Assembly (NCBI GenBank): GCA_026026165.1
Contig: JAPEUD010000057.1
Coordinates: 1-64,000 of the forward strand
Direction: 5' to 3'
DNA length: 64,000 nucleotides
Origin: Sarea resinae
Lineage: Eukaryota
In this document: piece by piece, positions 39,296-52,175 of the stretch
Numbering within the stretch: position 1 is the first letter of the stretch
Layout: each line of letters begins with the position of its first letter
Translations under genes and position numbers: made by a program
The notes under the pieces: generated by a model
Seen by the model: the letters and a program-made list of their open reading frames with translations, nothing else
Databases searched by the model: none
Told to the model about the DNA's origin: nothing

Positions 39296-40000
39296 GCCAA
39301 GTCTGAATCATATACGTCCTTTCGTTGTAGAATAATGGCAATATCTGCGTTTGATACAGTCGATAAACATGGAAGAATTTCGTTCCAATACCATCCTCAC
39401 TCTGGTGACATGTATCGCGAGCAAGCGGTGTGATTTGTGAAATGTCGGCAACCAGCATTCACTAAGTACAGTGTGCTGTGTAGGATTTGTAAGAGACGCC
39501 GAGGCCGAGAAACAGCTCACCGGCGTTGTCGAACGCACGCTGCAATAGAGAGCCAGGTGGTGTGAAGGTCTGCCTCGTCATGTCGATCACTGACATCTAA
39601 AGGAGCGCATGAGCTGAGCACTGTTCCTCATTGCTGCATGTGTTGCTCGCTTGAGATTGACGTTGCTAGGGTCCACGGCGGCTGTAGAGCGGGGCAGATC
39701 GGATGGGCCGACAGGACAGACTGGGGGCCGAAAGAGATTCGGAAGCTAACCCGATATGACAAAGTGAGCCGAAGGATCAACCACCAAAAGTCGGCCCGCC
39801 GTGAGCTTTTTGTTTACTGCTTTGTAATATGACCGAGTGCGTAGGGAGGCCTTGGCTGTGTATTTGAATGCCATGTGTAGCTCTGTCTTCTCGATCTTGG
39901 GACGCAGAAGGCCCGGGGTGAAGCATTGATTGTTTTTTTGTGTCCTATTCACACCTTTAACTCTGAACGCTTACTTCACCTCTATCCCTGAAAAACGATC

Positions 40001-41451
40001 ATGCAATCATCCGAAACTTCGACGCCTTCTACCTCGGAGGCAAATGGCACAATGAAAGAGGAAGCAGACCTGGAGCAAAGTCCCGATGCCATCAAGGAGG
40101 TGGACGCCGAGATGACTAGCACAAAGCCACCGCCAGCGGCGCCCATACCAAACGGCGGCTTTGTTGCTTGGCTCCAAGTCTTAGGGGCCTTTTTCCTATT
40201 TTTCAATCCCTGGTAAATACCTAGCTTAGTTATGCGCCGGTCGAATAATCTAACAACAGCTCTAGGGGCCTCGTGAACAGCTTTGGTGTATATCAAGCGT
40301 ATTACGAGACAACGATTCCTCGCTCGCCGTCGGACATCTCCTGGATTGGTACCTTTCAAGGCTTTCTCCTTTTCCTGGTCGGGATCTTGACAGGTCCGGT
40401 GTATGATAAAGGATATTTTCGCACTCTGATCATTGTCGGCACTTTTCTGACCACCTTCGGCATGATGATGACCTCGATTGCAACTGAGTACTATCAGATT
40501 TTCCTTGCCCAGGGTGTCGTGGTGGGTCTGGGTGCCGGCTGCCTTTTCGTGCCGAGTGTTGCAGTCGTCGCGCAGTATTTTACGACGAAGCGTGCTCTGG
40601 CGACAGGTATTACCGCATCTGGTGGTAGTGTTGGTGCGTACCAGTCCTCTTTCCAGTGCGTTTCAAGTAATCTGACGCGCTCTCTGACAGGCGGTGTCCT
40701 TTACCCCATCGTGTTCCGACGTCTCCAGCCGACTATTGGATTTGGATGGGCGACGCGAGTAATCGCATTCATCGTCCTGGGCTCCTTGCTCTTCAGTTTA
40801 GCCATACTGAAGCCCCGTGTACGCCCTCCAGGCAAAGCCCGTGCCCTTTTCGACGCCTCCGCCTTTCGCAAGCCGGCTTTTGTCATATTCAGCCTCGGAC
40901 TTTTCTTGTACTTCCTTGGGCTCTATTTTCCATTCTTCTATGTCAGCGCATGGGCGACCAAAACTTTGGGTACTGACTCGAATCTGGCCTTCTACCTGTT
41001 CCCAATCATCAATGCGGGATCTGTATTTGGTCGCATCATACCTGGACTGACGGCCGACCGCGTTGGATCACTCAACATCATCATTCCATGCCTGCTCTTG
41101 ACCTCGATTCTTGGATTCGCCTGGATTTCGGTCAAGAATACTGGCGAGCTTGTTGCATTTGGTATCTTCTATGGCTTCTTTTCGGGAGCATGTGTCTCTC
41201 TGCCTCCGACCATCATCGCGGGCATCAGTCCAGACCTAAGCAAAGTGGGGACGTGGATGGGTATGAGCTTCAGCTTTGCTGGCCTCGGACTGCTGGTTGG
41301 AAATCCTATCGCGGGAGCAATTCTCGACAGTGAAGGTGGCAGCTTCGTGGGTCCGCAGTGTTTCAGCGCGGCCACGGTCATGGCCGGAGCAATCATAATG
41401 TGCGTGGTGCGATGGCTGAGGTACAAGGATGGTAAGGGCTGGAAGGTTTAG
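40001..41451 (+). CDS. MFS transporter, monocarboxylate porter (MCT/Mch) family, 3 exons
   Basis: PNGGFVAWLQVLG, WG..NSFGVYQAYY, SDISWIG, AQYFTTKRALATGI, GFGWATR, GRIIPG..ADRVG; many hydrophobic segments. Confidence 0.93.
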
Positions 41452-42250
41452 GTTGTCGCTGGCCTCGTTTGGAGAGACACAATGATCTCTCTGTGCTCCG
41501 CTGTGATCTGGCCATCTTCATCTGCAGGAGTTACCATCGTAGAGAATTGCCTAGCTGTGTATTTTCTAATGCTCAAGCAAAAGTGACCCATTGTCAAACT
41601 AGTCCACGAGTGATGCTCATTATTCTCAGTAAGGTTTCGAGAAGGCTCACTGCTCGGGGCATATTGATAGGTTATAATGCAGACCAACAATCGACAAATA
41701 GGGAAGATAGGTTGTGTGGGAGTAATATACGGCGGATTAGCAGCAGGGAGGCGTCTAATTGACTGCGGCAGGCTATCGACATATCTACAAGATAGCCATT
41801 ATCACCTTGTCGTGCCGAAGTCATTGCCGGTCAGGGCATCTGCTGCAACTGCAAGCTCGTAGGTTGTGTCATTCACTGTTACCTGGTCCTACTTCTCAGC
41901 CTCCATACGAGGACCTCAGGAATAACGGAAGGAACTTGGCGCTCTATCTCACACGTCGAAGGTTCCTATTAGATGGTATCGACGGAAGTTTGGGCATTTG
42001 CGCGCAAGGTGCAGTCATCAGAAGTCGAGGTATATGCTTGCGCTTGATTTCTACCACTAGTTGTATCCCAATAACTGCGCTAAGCGGTCTAACCGCTCGT
42101 CCATCGTCATCTGCCTATCGGCGGCCCCCAACAACGAGTCGTGGCGTCCTGTTCCACCCAAAGCCCCGAATGAAACACAGACACGCGAGATGCCTTACAC
42201 TTGTCTGCCGAACCCGGTGAGAGGACCTTCGGGCGACCACACGCCCGAGC

Positions 42251-42659
42251 TCACTGATAAATCTGGCAATGGGCGACATCCTCGAGGTTCCCGGCCTCGA
42301 TGATTTCGCAAAGAGCACCATCTCCGGGACACTGTACAAGCAATGAGCCTTTCCCAGTCAGACCAATGTGGACTTGAGAAATGACTTACAGGAGAGTCAG
42401 GGAGGCAGTTGACAATAGGGTCATACTTTCCGTCGGGATTAGCGACGCAAACGCCATTGCCGTTACCGCCCTTGAGGTTGCAGGACTGAACTGGTCAACG
42501 GACGTACGCTCAAGAGACTTTCGCTAGAGGTGAGCATCAACTTACCCCAAATTGGTTCCTCTTCATATTTCCAGCAGCTCTCTGGTCTGATGGGGCCGCG
42601 GCTACGATCCAGCTTGCTCCAAGGAGCGCAGCAAGAACGGAGAACGAAGTGAAACGCAT
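42251..42659 (-). CDS. Small secreted six-cysteine prepro-peptide (96 aa), AFP/PAF-like cysteine spacing; exons 42659-42546, 42485-42390, 42331-42251
   Basis: Two GTAAGT...CAG phase-0 introns give MRFTSFSVLAALLGASWIVAAAPSDQRAAGNMKR-NQFGSCNLKGGNGNGVCVANPDGKYDPIVNCLPDSPCPGDGALCEIIEAGNLEDVAHCQIYQ*; signal peptide, KR site and 6 Cys. Confidence 0.85.
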
Positions 42660-44040
42660 GTTGATTTGATAGTAGAATAGATTTGAAGAGTTGTCGGTAT
42701 GAACTTGAGATTCCGAAGAAATTGGTGTGATGAGATTGATGTTGAGTCCTGATGCTCGCAGGAAATGGTCGGAACTTATATAGAAAAACTTGACGAGCCA
42801 AGCTGGGTATTCCTTTTCTGTGAATGATCAACAGTAGGCCTACCAGGACGTTTGATCAAGAATCCAGCTCCGAAATTGATTGCACCGAGGCGTAGTGAAT
42901 ATCAGCTCGTGTCAGTGTATTGCTGACGTGAAGTCGTCGGATCACCACCATACGTACGTAACACCTTGCTTGGAGCCGTGCCGTCTGGGAAAGTCAAGTT
43001 GAAGACCTTGGGGGCTGGTAGAAGATAATCCATCATCGGCTTGTCAGCTTACGAGGAAGCTCCTATGTCGAGAAAATGCTTTCTTTCGGATGGACGGCAA
43101 GAATACTCAAAAAGCGCGCTTGTCCAGTTCCAGGAGAAGGCCTGAACATCAAGTTTGTTTGGCCCCCAAAAGGCAGCGAGTACCTGAAGTGGTGGAAAAT
43201 AACGAGGTCCCGAGACGCAATCTCTCTTACGCTTTCGAGTGTCTTCCATGGCGTTGGATGTAGCCAATAGCCTCCCTCAACGGCTCGATTTCGGAAATCT
43301 CGTATATTGAACATCCATAACGACTCTGATATAGAATTCAAAATAGTCCAAGTGGCTGTCTGTGGCGTGAAAGAACGGGAAGTTTGGCTCCAGGGTCAGG
43401 GCGATGAGATGAAGATCTTTCTATATCCAACGAGGTAGACAAAGTCAGCGGCCACGGGACAAGGTAAGAATCATCTTAGGAACGAGCGTAATCAATTGAT
43501 CCAGCCGCATTCGTGCTCCCAACATTGCAAGTCACTCGCCAGATTTACGTCAAAATAGACTCGCGTTGCCACAGCCTTCGTGGGGCGTTAAGGCGTCCTA
43601 TGGCGACACAAAGGTGACCCGAAGCTGACACCCCCAAGATTTCGGCCGCAGCTCGTATATAGCGGCTATACTATTGGCGCGCGTCATCCAGACCTGACTG
43701 ATCATAAGGCGAACTACTACTATCGTATCACGTCCTCGAGGCTGCACATGGTTCTACCATTCTATTAAAAACGCGATTGTTAACACCGAGAGATGTCCTG
43801 ATGCCTGGACCCCAGCCTCGTATCGTGAGATAATTATTGTAGTAAGTAATACGCTTCTCAGCTGCTTCCGACGCCGAATGCTGACCCGCGATGACATTCA
43901 TTCTACGGCTTCTTTGGGACTTGCGTATGCTGCCTCTTACAAGTAATGTCAGCCAAAAGAACGATTATTACCTCTTGATTGCAGCCCCGTTGGAAATTAC
44001 ACGAACGCCTGATGATGCAGCATAACGAATCCTATTACTC

Positions 44041-44870
44041 TCATTGGTTCTTGAACCAAGGCTGCTCCAGTAATCGCACTGCCGAGGGTCGATGCGACGG
44101 TTGCATTATACTGGTGTGGATCAGGGCAGCGACCACTTTTGCCTCTGCGGGATCATTATCGTCAGGCACGTTCTTATTAAAGAGCGCCTCTAGCGGCTTT
44201 TTGAATGTTGAGGCTCGGAACTGCCGTCGTCGTCTGCATCGTCGTCTTGGCCCAAATTGATATCCTCATCCGCATTCGGCATCTCCATTTATTTCATGGG
44301 TTTCATCCTTATCAGTCTCGCCATCTTATCATCGGCGATATCAGGTGTATGCACGCTAGATGGCAGCGGAGGGATTACTCGTTCTCCCTTGGGGTCGAAC
44401 AATCTATACGCACGTGGCAACTTGGAAAGGCAGCCATCAGAAAGGGCCTGGAGAATGGCACTAATATCCAGAAATTATTGATCATCACCATCTTCCTGCC
44501 TGTCATAGGGCAAAGTCCAAACAGCGAAAATTGTATCCCGTGATTAGCTCGCAGAACAGGCACCCGGTACTCCAGATATCGATGCTAGAGCTAAGCATCT
44601 CGTTATCTTATCTCTGGGGTCCGCAGGCCGAGCGGAGTAATCATTGACTTCGGATGATTGTCCGACCAGAATGCTACAATCACATCAACAAAGTAGCTAG
44701 CTCGAGATAAAGACAGGTTTTATCCACTCCAAGGTCAGATATGTCGATAAGATTGTTGTTCGCGGAAAGTCTAATGTCTTATGATATACCGAGGAGTCCA
44801 CCTGTCCTTTTCTGCATCAATTTGTGGTGTCGTCGAAATGAATCGGATGATAGCCAGGGCACCTGGCCGA
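44041..44870 (-). pseudogene. Degenerate C-lobe fragment of an SRPK-like Ser/Thr kinase
   Basis: Minus-strand fragments DRWTPRY, IDISDLG, TPLGLRTPE, SIDIWSTGCLFCELITG and HRPSAVRLLEQPWF*, interrupted by stops and frameshifts; no N-lobe recognised. Confidence 0.72.
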
Positions 44871-45284
44871 CACATCTCAGCACATTCTGCTGCGCCAGAA
44901 ATGTCATCAAATCGTCAGTCCTTAGTGGGCACGCTTGGAGATGGGGTTTGTCGAAGGGCCGGCATCGGACGTTCGTGCCGAAACATCTGAACCATTGATG
45001 CCCTTTCATGCGAGGATATATGAGAAGCACTCCTTATGAATTAATGACCAATAATGGGTCGCTTGATGAGTCATGTGAGTCATTCAAATCAGTGGCTGAT
45101 CATGCACAGCATTGAACGGCAGCTAAGAATCGATCAACATCGCTGGCTGCTCCGGAAGAAACCATCAGAGATATCAGACCAGGTCACACGCGCAGTCTCG
45201 CTCATAACACGAAACCCGTCGCTCCATCCGATAGAACGCTGAACCGCGACACGCCATCCTTATAAGCCAAACGCCGTGAATCCC

Positions 45285-46057
45285 TTACCGACCATCTACC
45301 GACCGCTTGCGCCAAGACTTGATAAAATCAAACACATGCCGATGGGGTATTATTTCAGCGCTATCACTTCCTCCCTGCTCCGTTTCCCCTTCCGCCTCGC
45401 TCTCACTCTGAGCGCCCGAGCGCCTGCTTGGCTCACGCTGGTGCTGATGCTGATGCTGTTGCCGAGTCAGATTCGGCTTCGGCTTCGGTCTCTCGACCCG
45501 ACAGAATCTCGCGCGGCACAGCGGACAGCTCGGATCGCGACGCATCCACTGATCGATGCAGGGGCGGTGGAAGACGTGATGGCATGGCAATTCGCGGTAG
45601 CTGCGGGGTTCGGCACCAGGCGTTTCAAAGCAGAAGATGCATTCGGTGTCGCGTTCGTCGTTCTCATCGTTGACGGTTTTGGGGGCTGTTAGTCAGTCGG
45701 TCAGGTCAGTCGATCTACCTCAGGTGCGTGCGACCCTGCCATGTGACAGATGGACGGATAAACAGATGGGCGGGTGACAAGGCGGGTGACAGGGCGGGCT
45801 TTCTTCGATGATGGAAGACTCCACTCACCAAAGACTATCGCATCGGTAGAAGTAGTAAAACGCCAACGATGGCACGAGCACCCGCTCCCACTCCTCACGG
45901 CATCTTCATCCTCCTCAGCCAGTCCGTCCAAATTTTCCTCATCGGCCACAGCGCGCGTTGTTGTTCTTGTTGTTGTTCTTGTTCTTGAGGTTGTTATTGC
46001 TGTTCTTCTTCTCGTCGTCGGTGACATCCTATCCGTAGGCGAGCCCAATGACGTCAT
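45285..46057 (-). CDS. RING-H2 finger protein (putative E3 ligase), 2 exons
   Basis: After a phase-1 intron (~45686-45827): ECIFCFETPGAEPRSYRELPCHHVFHRPCIDQWMRRDPSCPLCR = C3H2C3 RING-H2. Ends approximate. Confidence 0.82.
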
Positions 46058-46926
46058 CGTGTAAATGGTCGCAACATTCGACTTCCAGAACTCTTGTCGA
46101 AAACGCCAGCGGGCGGGCGGGCTCGGTGGGGATATATATCTATCTTGCCTACCTACCTTGTCGACCTATCTTATCTACCAACAAAGCCCACCGGCTGACC
46201 CGGCTGCCCTGCCTTTCACGATGCCTATCTCATGACGCGAGGGACGAGGGGAGTCGACTGACACGACGTAGAGAGCGGCCCGGTCGGCCCGGGTAAGAAA
46301 GAACCTTCTGACTGACTGCATCGTCAAGATCGTCAAAAGTCGCCAAGATCGTCGACGCTGTCTGGGCAGGGATCATGCAGGCCGGATTTTCCGCTCTCTC
46401 TCTATCTCTCTCTGTCTTCTAATATATTTATTAATATACAGGGATATAAGTAGGTAGGGTCGGTATGGCATCTCCTAAGCTGGCACGTATGGCTGCTGAA
46501 AGTCAAGTATCCTTCATTCAAGAACCAGCACGACTGTACGAATCACATGCATATTTCTCATACCGGACAGCCTCGCGAGGTTAGCATTCTAGTGTTCTTC
46601 ACTCGAGCGCAAACGAGCATAGATACCTAGAGAGTAGAAATAAATTGGATGGAGTCGAAAATATCACAGTCTTTAGCCAACTAGTGTCGAAGACGTATTA
46701 AGGTTCAGACTATCAGTAGAGAAAACTCGTAGTACGAGCATCAAAGTGACGTCTTGGACGTTTCCCGGCGCCAAACCACTGTCAATACACGGGCAGATCT
46801 AATTTACCTATACCAGAAGTCATCGAGTACACTCGCAGCCTCGCAGTTCTGGAATGATCGTAGCATCCATGAAGATCATGACAGTCGTCCGCTGCGGTGA
46901 CTGTTATTGCACGCCGTGCCGTCGAC

Positions 46927-48043
46927 ATGCGGAACGGAACTCTGCCGGGGCCTGAGGAGTCCAGCCGACAGCCGGATCCCAGGATTACTGCAGCCGATCC
47001 CCGCAACACTGGCGATCTCTCAGCACCGATCCCTATCCCTACCGCCTCCAGCTCCTCGACCCATCGTTCAGAGCCGTCGCCAAAGGCGTCCAGAACCATT
47101 GCTCTTCTGCGCCATCTCCAACGCTTCAAATTCCGCAAAGACATCCGCTCAAGACTTCCCCTGCAATGCGCGCGTTTTCTGGGATACCGGCCTCGAGGCG
47201 TCGAAAGTCTTCCTTACGAGCCATTGCCGTTCCCGCCGTTTAGCTGGCTCCACAAGATCCCTCTGCGGGTCGAAGTATGGATCTTCGCCTGGCTCGGGGC
47301 CTTTGGCAGCATTCTGATCATCGAAGCCGTCATGTCCACATCGACGGCGTTCCGCGATGTATACCGGGCCCCTCTTATCACGGTGCCGTTTGGAGCGTCG
47401 GCCGTCCTGGTCTTCGGTGTCATTGAATCGCCACTCGCCCAACCGCGCAATCTCATCATTGGCCATTTCGCAGCCGCCCTGGTCGGGACAGCCATTACGA
47501 GGTTGTTTGTGCTGAACGGTAGTTATATGGGCCATTTGGACAACGAAGCTTTCCATCCCGCCACGTTTATCAATGGCGGTCTCTCCATGGCCACTTCGCT
47601 CTTGGCTCAGCTGGTGCTTGGATGCGCACATCCGCCGTAAGTGACTTATGCTCCTCTTTCTCCCGCTCGGGGATGTGTCACTGATTGGCCACAGTGGAGG
47701 AGCAACAGGGTTGAACGCGGCTGTCCAGTCAGACATAGTCCGCTTGTCGTGGCGCTATATACCAACCGTGATCGTCACTTCCCTCCTCATGCTCGGATGG
47801 GCTCTCGTCATCAACAATCTCGGTCGTCGACGATATCCGATCTACTGGCTGGATCCTACATTTTCGCTGGTTGGTGATATCGCCGGCGACGATGAGGCCG
47901 AACTGGAACGAATCAAAACCATCGAATCGGGTCCGTTACGCCGCGCCGAAGACGGAGGGCTGTCGCCAGAAGTCATGGCATTCGCCGGGATGGAACACTC
48001 GATCTCTCTTTCAGGACGTCGGCATTCGTTGCCCCATGCCTAG
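46927..48043 (+). CDS. HPP-family membrane protein, 2 exons
   Basis: PFGASAVLVFG..ESPLAQPRN..GH, then AHPP|GGAT across an intron ~47637-47694; C-terminal NNLGRRRYPIYW. Confidence 0.9.
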
Positions 48044-50228
48044 GGTGTCGATGATTTCTAACAATAGGAAAGACGCTGGACGAACCCATCTCTCGAGGCG
48101 CTGCGGTGGCTTTCAATAACGATAGAATGCTGCAGCTTTTCTTGGATGTGATATATATCACCGATAGGCAGGTCGAGCTCGCATCTGAAGCACAGAAGCC
48201 TTTCTCTATTCTTTGCCTTCTTGATGATGTTCAACCCTCGCAGACCTCATCTCCAGTCTTCAAGATCTCAGTCTCTCTCGAGTGTCCGATTGTATTGTAT
48301 AATATGGTAGTAAGTGGTACTGGGAGAAAAGAAGAACAGAAAGCAGATTTGTAATGCAAAGCTACAGGTTAGACATGTATAAAAAGGTTTATCCGTGTAT
48401 AAATAGTTTACCTATACAATCTTTTCAAATAAGGGCACAGCAATAAGTACTGTTCAGAGAATAGTACCACGGCACTGAGATCGTTGATGAAGAGAAGACC
48501 TCAGCGGAGTCTACATCTGCATTTCCAGTATTGGTCTGCCGTGTCAGAGAATGGTAGAAGAGTCGGGCGGCAATTGTGGGAGATGTCTTTCCGTTTCAGA
48601 AGTCGGCTTCCACACGTAGAGACGAATTACCCTCGTTCTCCCTGATAGTTCAAATCAGCGCGCGACTACATTCATCACTCAGGTCTCTATGATTTGCCAA
48701 GTTCGGTACCTGGGGTCACTGAAATCAAGTAAACGCCACCAGCTGGTCAAACGATTCACTGCGTGCATTGATCCTACAGGCGCTTACAGCTTTGAAGCTC
48801 ACTCATCACCACAAATTGATCAAACCCATGGCATCCTCGAAAGCGAGTTCAGCTAGAAAATCGAAGCTATCTGATCCTCGTCAACCCCGGCGCTATCGGG
48901 CTTGCCTGAAGAGGGGGCCCAGCTCGCTCGACCGCCCGTCTATGTTCCTACCATTTAATCGGATCCTACTCGTAGAGACTCGCGATCCTGTTCTCTGTGT
49001 AAGGGGTTGCTTGAAGTTGAGACGAGAAGATCAAAGGATGATGGCGATACGATGGCTTGATCTATGATGGTTTCGGACTACAGAGTACCTTATACTTGGC
49101 AGTTTCAACTTGGGAGGCTCTGCTCCATGCCAATGGTGTATATTCCTGACTGTAGACCCAGCCATGACACATCTCCATCGAGTATTATTGTTGTTGTTGG
49201 TGTTGTTGATGTGATGTGATGTCCAGTGATGTGATCAAGGCTCGTCGATGATCATGATGACCAGCGAACAGGGCACCCCCGCCAGATCTATTTCGGTCGT
49301 GTTGGCCCCGGTACCTGCGACGCGACTAAAGAGGATTAGGGATCCACCTCGGCTCCTGTCCTTTTCTGCTTTGGGACGACTGCAATTTTAATCTCCCACC
49401 ATGCGCGTGTGCAATGCGGCAAGAGAAGGCCTCACGTTGATGACGGACGGATGAGATCTGATGGTCCTCCTGGCTCGGGTTGCTCGTCATTACTTTCAGA
49501 GAGAAATGAGTCGTCTCGAGCAGAGGAGAAGTTCATATTCACCGGCGTACGGAGTAGAATTGGCAATCATGTTGATCATCATTCGAAGGTGAAAGGCGAA
49601 GGGTGGAGGGTGACGCGTCGGGGACGATCAACACTTGGTGTGGTGGAGCACCTCCAGCTCGACACTATGACTGGCGAGGTTAGCCAGCCAACGCGGAGCC
49701 CACCAACCCCCTATCCATCCTGTCCATCTCTCCCATCCTTTCCATGCCTTCCCACGCTCTCCCTGCACGCACGGCTCGTTGGCGCCAGATGGGCCACACA
49801 TAGTCTGAAGGACGATCGCCATGCTGAAGCTTCCCTGCTGCGTGCAAGGTTGGCATTCCCCGTCTGCGTCATCGGTCATTCGAGACAAAAGCCATTGGCG
49901 GCTTCCCGCTTCCGAGTGGATCTCCCATCGTGGCGGTGATGGACAAGTGACAAGTGAAGGAGTACGAAGTGACTTCTTTCCTCTCTCCCTCTCTCCCTCT
50001 CTCCCTCTCTCCTCTCCTTCTCTCGGTGTGTGTGCCCTGATTTCCACGGCCCTCATCCTACCATGTAGTAGTGATCAATAGTAATCCATCGACTTCATTC
50101 CAATCCACCCTCACTCTCGCTCTCCTTCTCCCTCATTTTCCCCTCCCACACTCATTCCATCGAAGGCTTGCGCGGGACCAATGAGTACGTGACTCGAATT
50201 GCTGTCCCTGCCTCCTTCAACCCTAGTA

Positions 50229-52175
50229 ATGATAATGCATTCCTCAACACTGTCGTTCATCAGCTTGTCGCTCGCGGCCGTCTTTGTCGCTTCATCTTCG
50301 GCATCCAATGCGGCCACGGTGAGCTTGACGCCGGCAGCCAAGGCCGCGCAAGCCTCGGGCCTCTCGCAAGTGCTCAGTCCTTCTTTCGCTGGCTTCGGGA
50401 TCGAGCCGTCCAATCTTTATTCTTTCACCGGCGGATCGACGGTCAATCAGTTCTCCGTCAATCTGCTACAGAATCTCGCAAACTTCTCGGGCGAACCCTG
50501 CCATCTTCGCATCGGGGGCAACACCGCCGATTACATGATCTACGACTCATCCTACAACGACTACAGTCTCGAGAAGAACCCGCATTCGGTCGGGCAGGGT
50601 GCGTACCCGAGTGATGGCTTCATCTTCGGACCTTCATACTGGACCGCCCTCAATCGATTCCCTGCCGGCACCCCCATCACCTTCGGCTTGAACTTGGCCT
50701 ATGAAGAATCCGACTACGTCGACAAGATCGTCAAAGAGGCATCGGCTGCCGTCCAGGGCTTGACCAATGTCAAGCTCGCCTCGTTCGAGATTGGAAACGA
50801 GCCGGATCTTTACGCCCAGAATGGATTCCGAACCGGGTCCTGGAGTGGCCAGGAATATACCAAAGAATGGCTGGCCCGCGCATCGGCCGTCTACGACCAG
50901 GTGCTCAAGACCAAGAAGATCTCCCCGCAGTTCTTCGAGCCGGCTTGCACGGCGTCGACGATTGGAACCTCGTTTGAGATCAGCGACTTGAGCAGCGATG
51001 GCATCACTGCCAACGCAAACGGCACCTCGACCTCGTACGTGGCGTCTTGGAATCAGCACGATTACTTTTACTTTGTCAGCGTCTCGACGTTTCCCATCAC
51101 CCTCGACTACATGATGGATCTGTCCAACACCTACACCCAATTCGCGTACTGGACTCATCAGGTCTCGGCTGGCCTGGCGACGGGACTGCCATACAATTTG
51201 CGAGAGATGGCCAGCGTTGGTCCGATCGGCATGAACGGGGTGACGGATACGTTTGGAGCCTCGCTGTGGACACTCAACTTCTTCCTCTATGCGGCATCTT
51301 TGAATATCTCTTCGGTGGAGATGCACATGACGGACAACTCCAACGCCAGTGCTTGGCAGCCCATCGACATGTACGGCAATGGACCGCACGTGCGACCAAA
51401 CTACTACGCCTGGGCGGCCACGAGCCAGTTGATCGGGTCTGGCAATGGCACCACGCAGATCTCGACGCTTCCCACCAAATCCCTTCCCTCGTCCTATACC
51501 GGCCGCGTCAGTGCCTTCGCCGCCTACGCCAGCGGCAAATTGACGGCCATCGTTCTCATCAACACTCAACAAGCCAACGCCACCGACAGCGCCAAGGGCA
51601 GTCTCACCTTCACCCTGTCTCTGCCCTCGTTCAAGGGCCAATCGCTCTACCTCTCCTACCTGACCGCCGACGGCGCCGACTCGCTGCACAACACGACGTG
51701 GAACGGCATCAGCTTCGAGAACAGCGGCGACGGCACGCCGACGGTCGTCAACAATACGGCCGACACGGTCCAGATCGGCAGCGATGGTAGCGCGACGGTG
51801 ACAGTCCGAGACAGCCAAGCGCTCGTGGCCAACATTGGGTCGCAGCTCGGGTCGAACAAGGTGATCGCGCCCACGGGGACGGTCTCCGCAGAACCGATCC
51901 GAACCGCATCCTCGTCGTCATCGTCATCATCATCGAATGCGAAAACCTCGGGTGGAATGCCGTCGGCCGCATCGCCCTCGAGCGTCGCCCTCGTGAGTTC
52001 TGCGGCCACTGCCATTGCCAACTCGGCCACGTCTGCGGGGTCGGCCAAGTCGTCGTCGGCGACGCAGAAGTCGCAGGCCAGCGGCAGTCGCCGATTCGGG
52101 TCGTGGACATGGTCGGCGAAGATGGCCATCAGTATTGGACTCGTGGGAGTGGCTATTGGATACGCGTGGCGTTGA
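50229..52175 (+). CDS. Secreted glycoside hydrolase family 79 (beta-glucuronidase-like) with Ser/Ala-rich tail and hydrophobic C-terminus (possible GPI/membrane anchor)
   Basis: Signal peptide, LRIGGNTAD, FGLNLA, FEIGNEPDLY (acid/base), NLREMAS (nucleophile region), DTFGASLWTLNF; single exon. Confidence 0.87.
   Translation: MIMHSSTLSFISLSLAAVFVASSSASNAATVSLTPAAKAAQASGLSQVLSPSFAGFGIEPSNLYSFTGGSTVNQFSVNLLQNLANFSGEPCHLRIGGNTADYMIYDSSYNDYSLEKNPHSVGQGAYPSDGFIFGPSYWTALNRFPAGTPITFGLNLAYEESDYVDKIVKEASAAVQGLTNVKLASFEIGNEPDLYAQNGFRTGSWSGQEYTKEWLARASAVYDQVLKTKKISPQFFEPACTASTIGTSFEISDLSSDGITANANGTSTSYVASWNQHDYFYFVSVSTFPITLDYMMDLSNTYTQFAYWTHQVSAGLATGLPYNLREMASVGPIGMNGVTDTFGASLWTLNFFLYAASLNISSVEMHMTDNSNASAWQPIDMYGNGPHVRPNYYAWAATSQLIGSGNGTTQISTLPTKSLPSSYTGRVSAFAAYASGKLTAIVLINTQQANATDSAKGSLTFTLSLPSFKGQSLYLSYLTADGADSLHNTTWNGISFENSGDGTPTVVNNTADTVQIGSDGSATVTVRDSQALVANIGSQLGSNKVIAPTGTVSAEPIRTASSSSSSSSSNAKTSGGMPSAASPSSVALVSSAATAIANSATSAGSAKSSSATQKSQASGSRRFGSWTWSAKMAISIGLVGVAIGYAWR

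Noticed and set aside
43000..43450. 92-aa minus-strand ORF as a gene remnant
   Set aside because: Protein-like but no recognisable motif; cannot be supported without a search.
50634..51818. 394-aa antisense ORF over the GH79 gene, and similar antisense ORFs over LtrA and the ABC gene
   Set aside because: Expected shadow ORFs from high-GC3 codon usage on the opposite strand.
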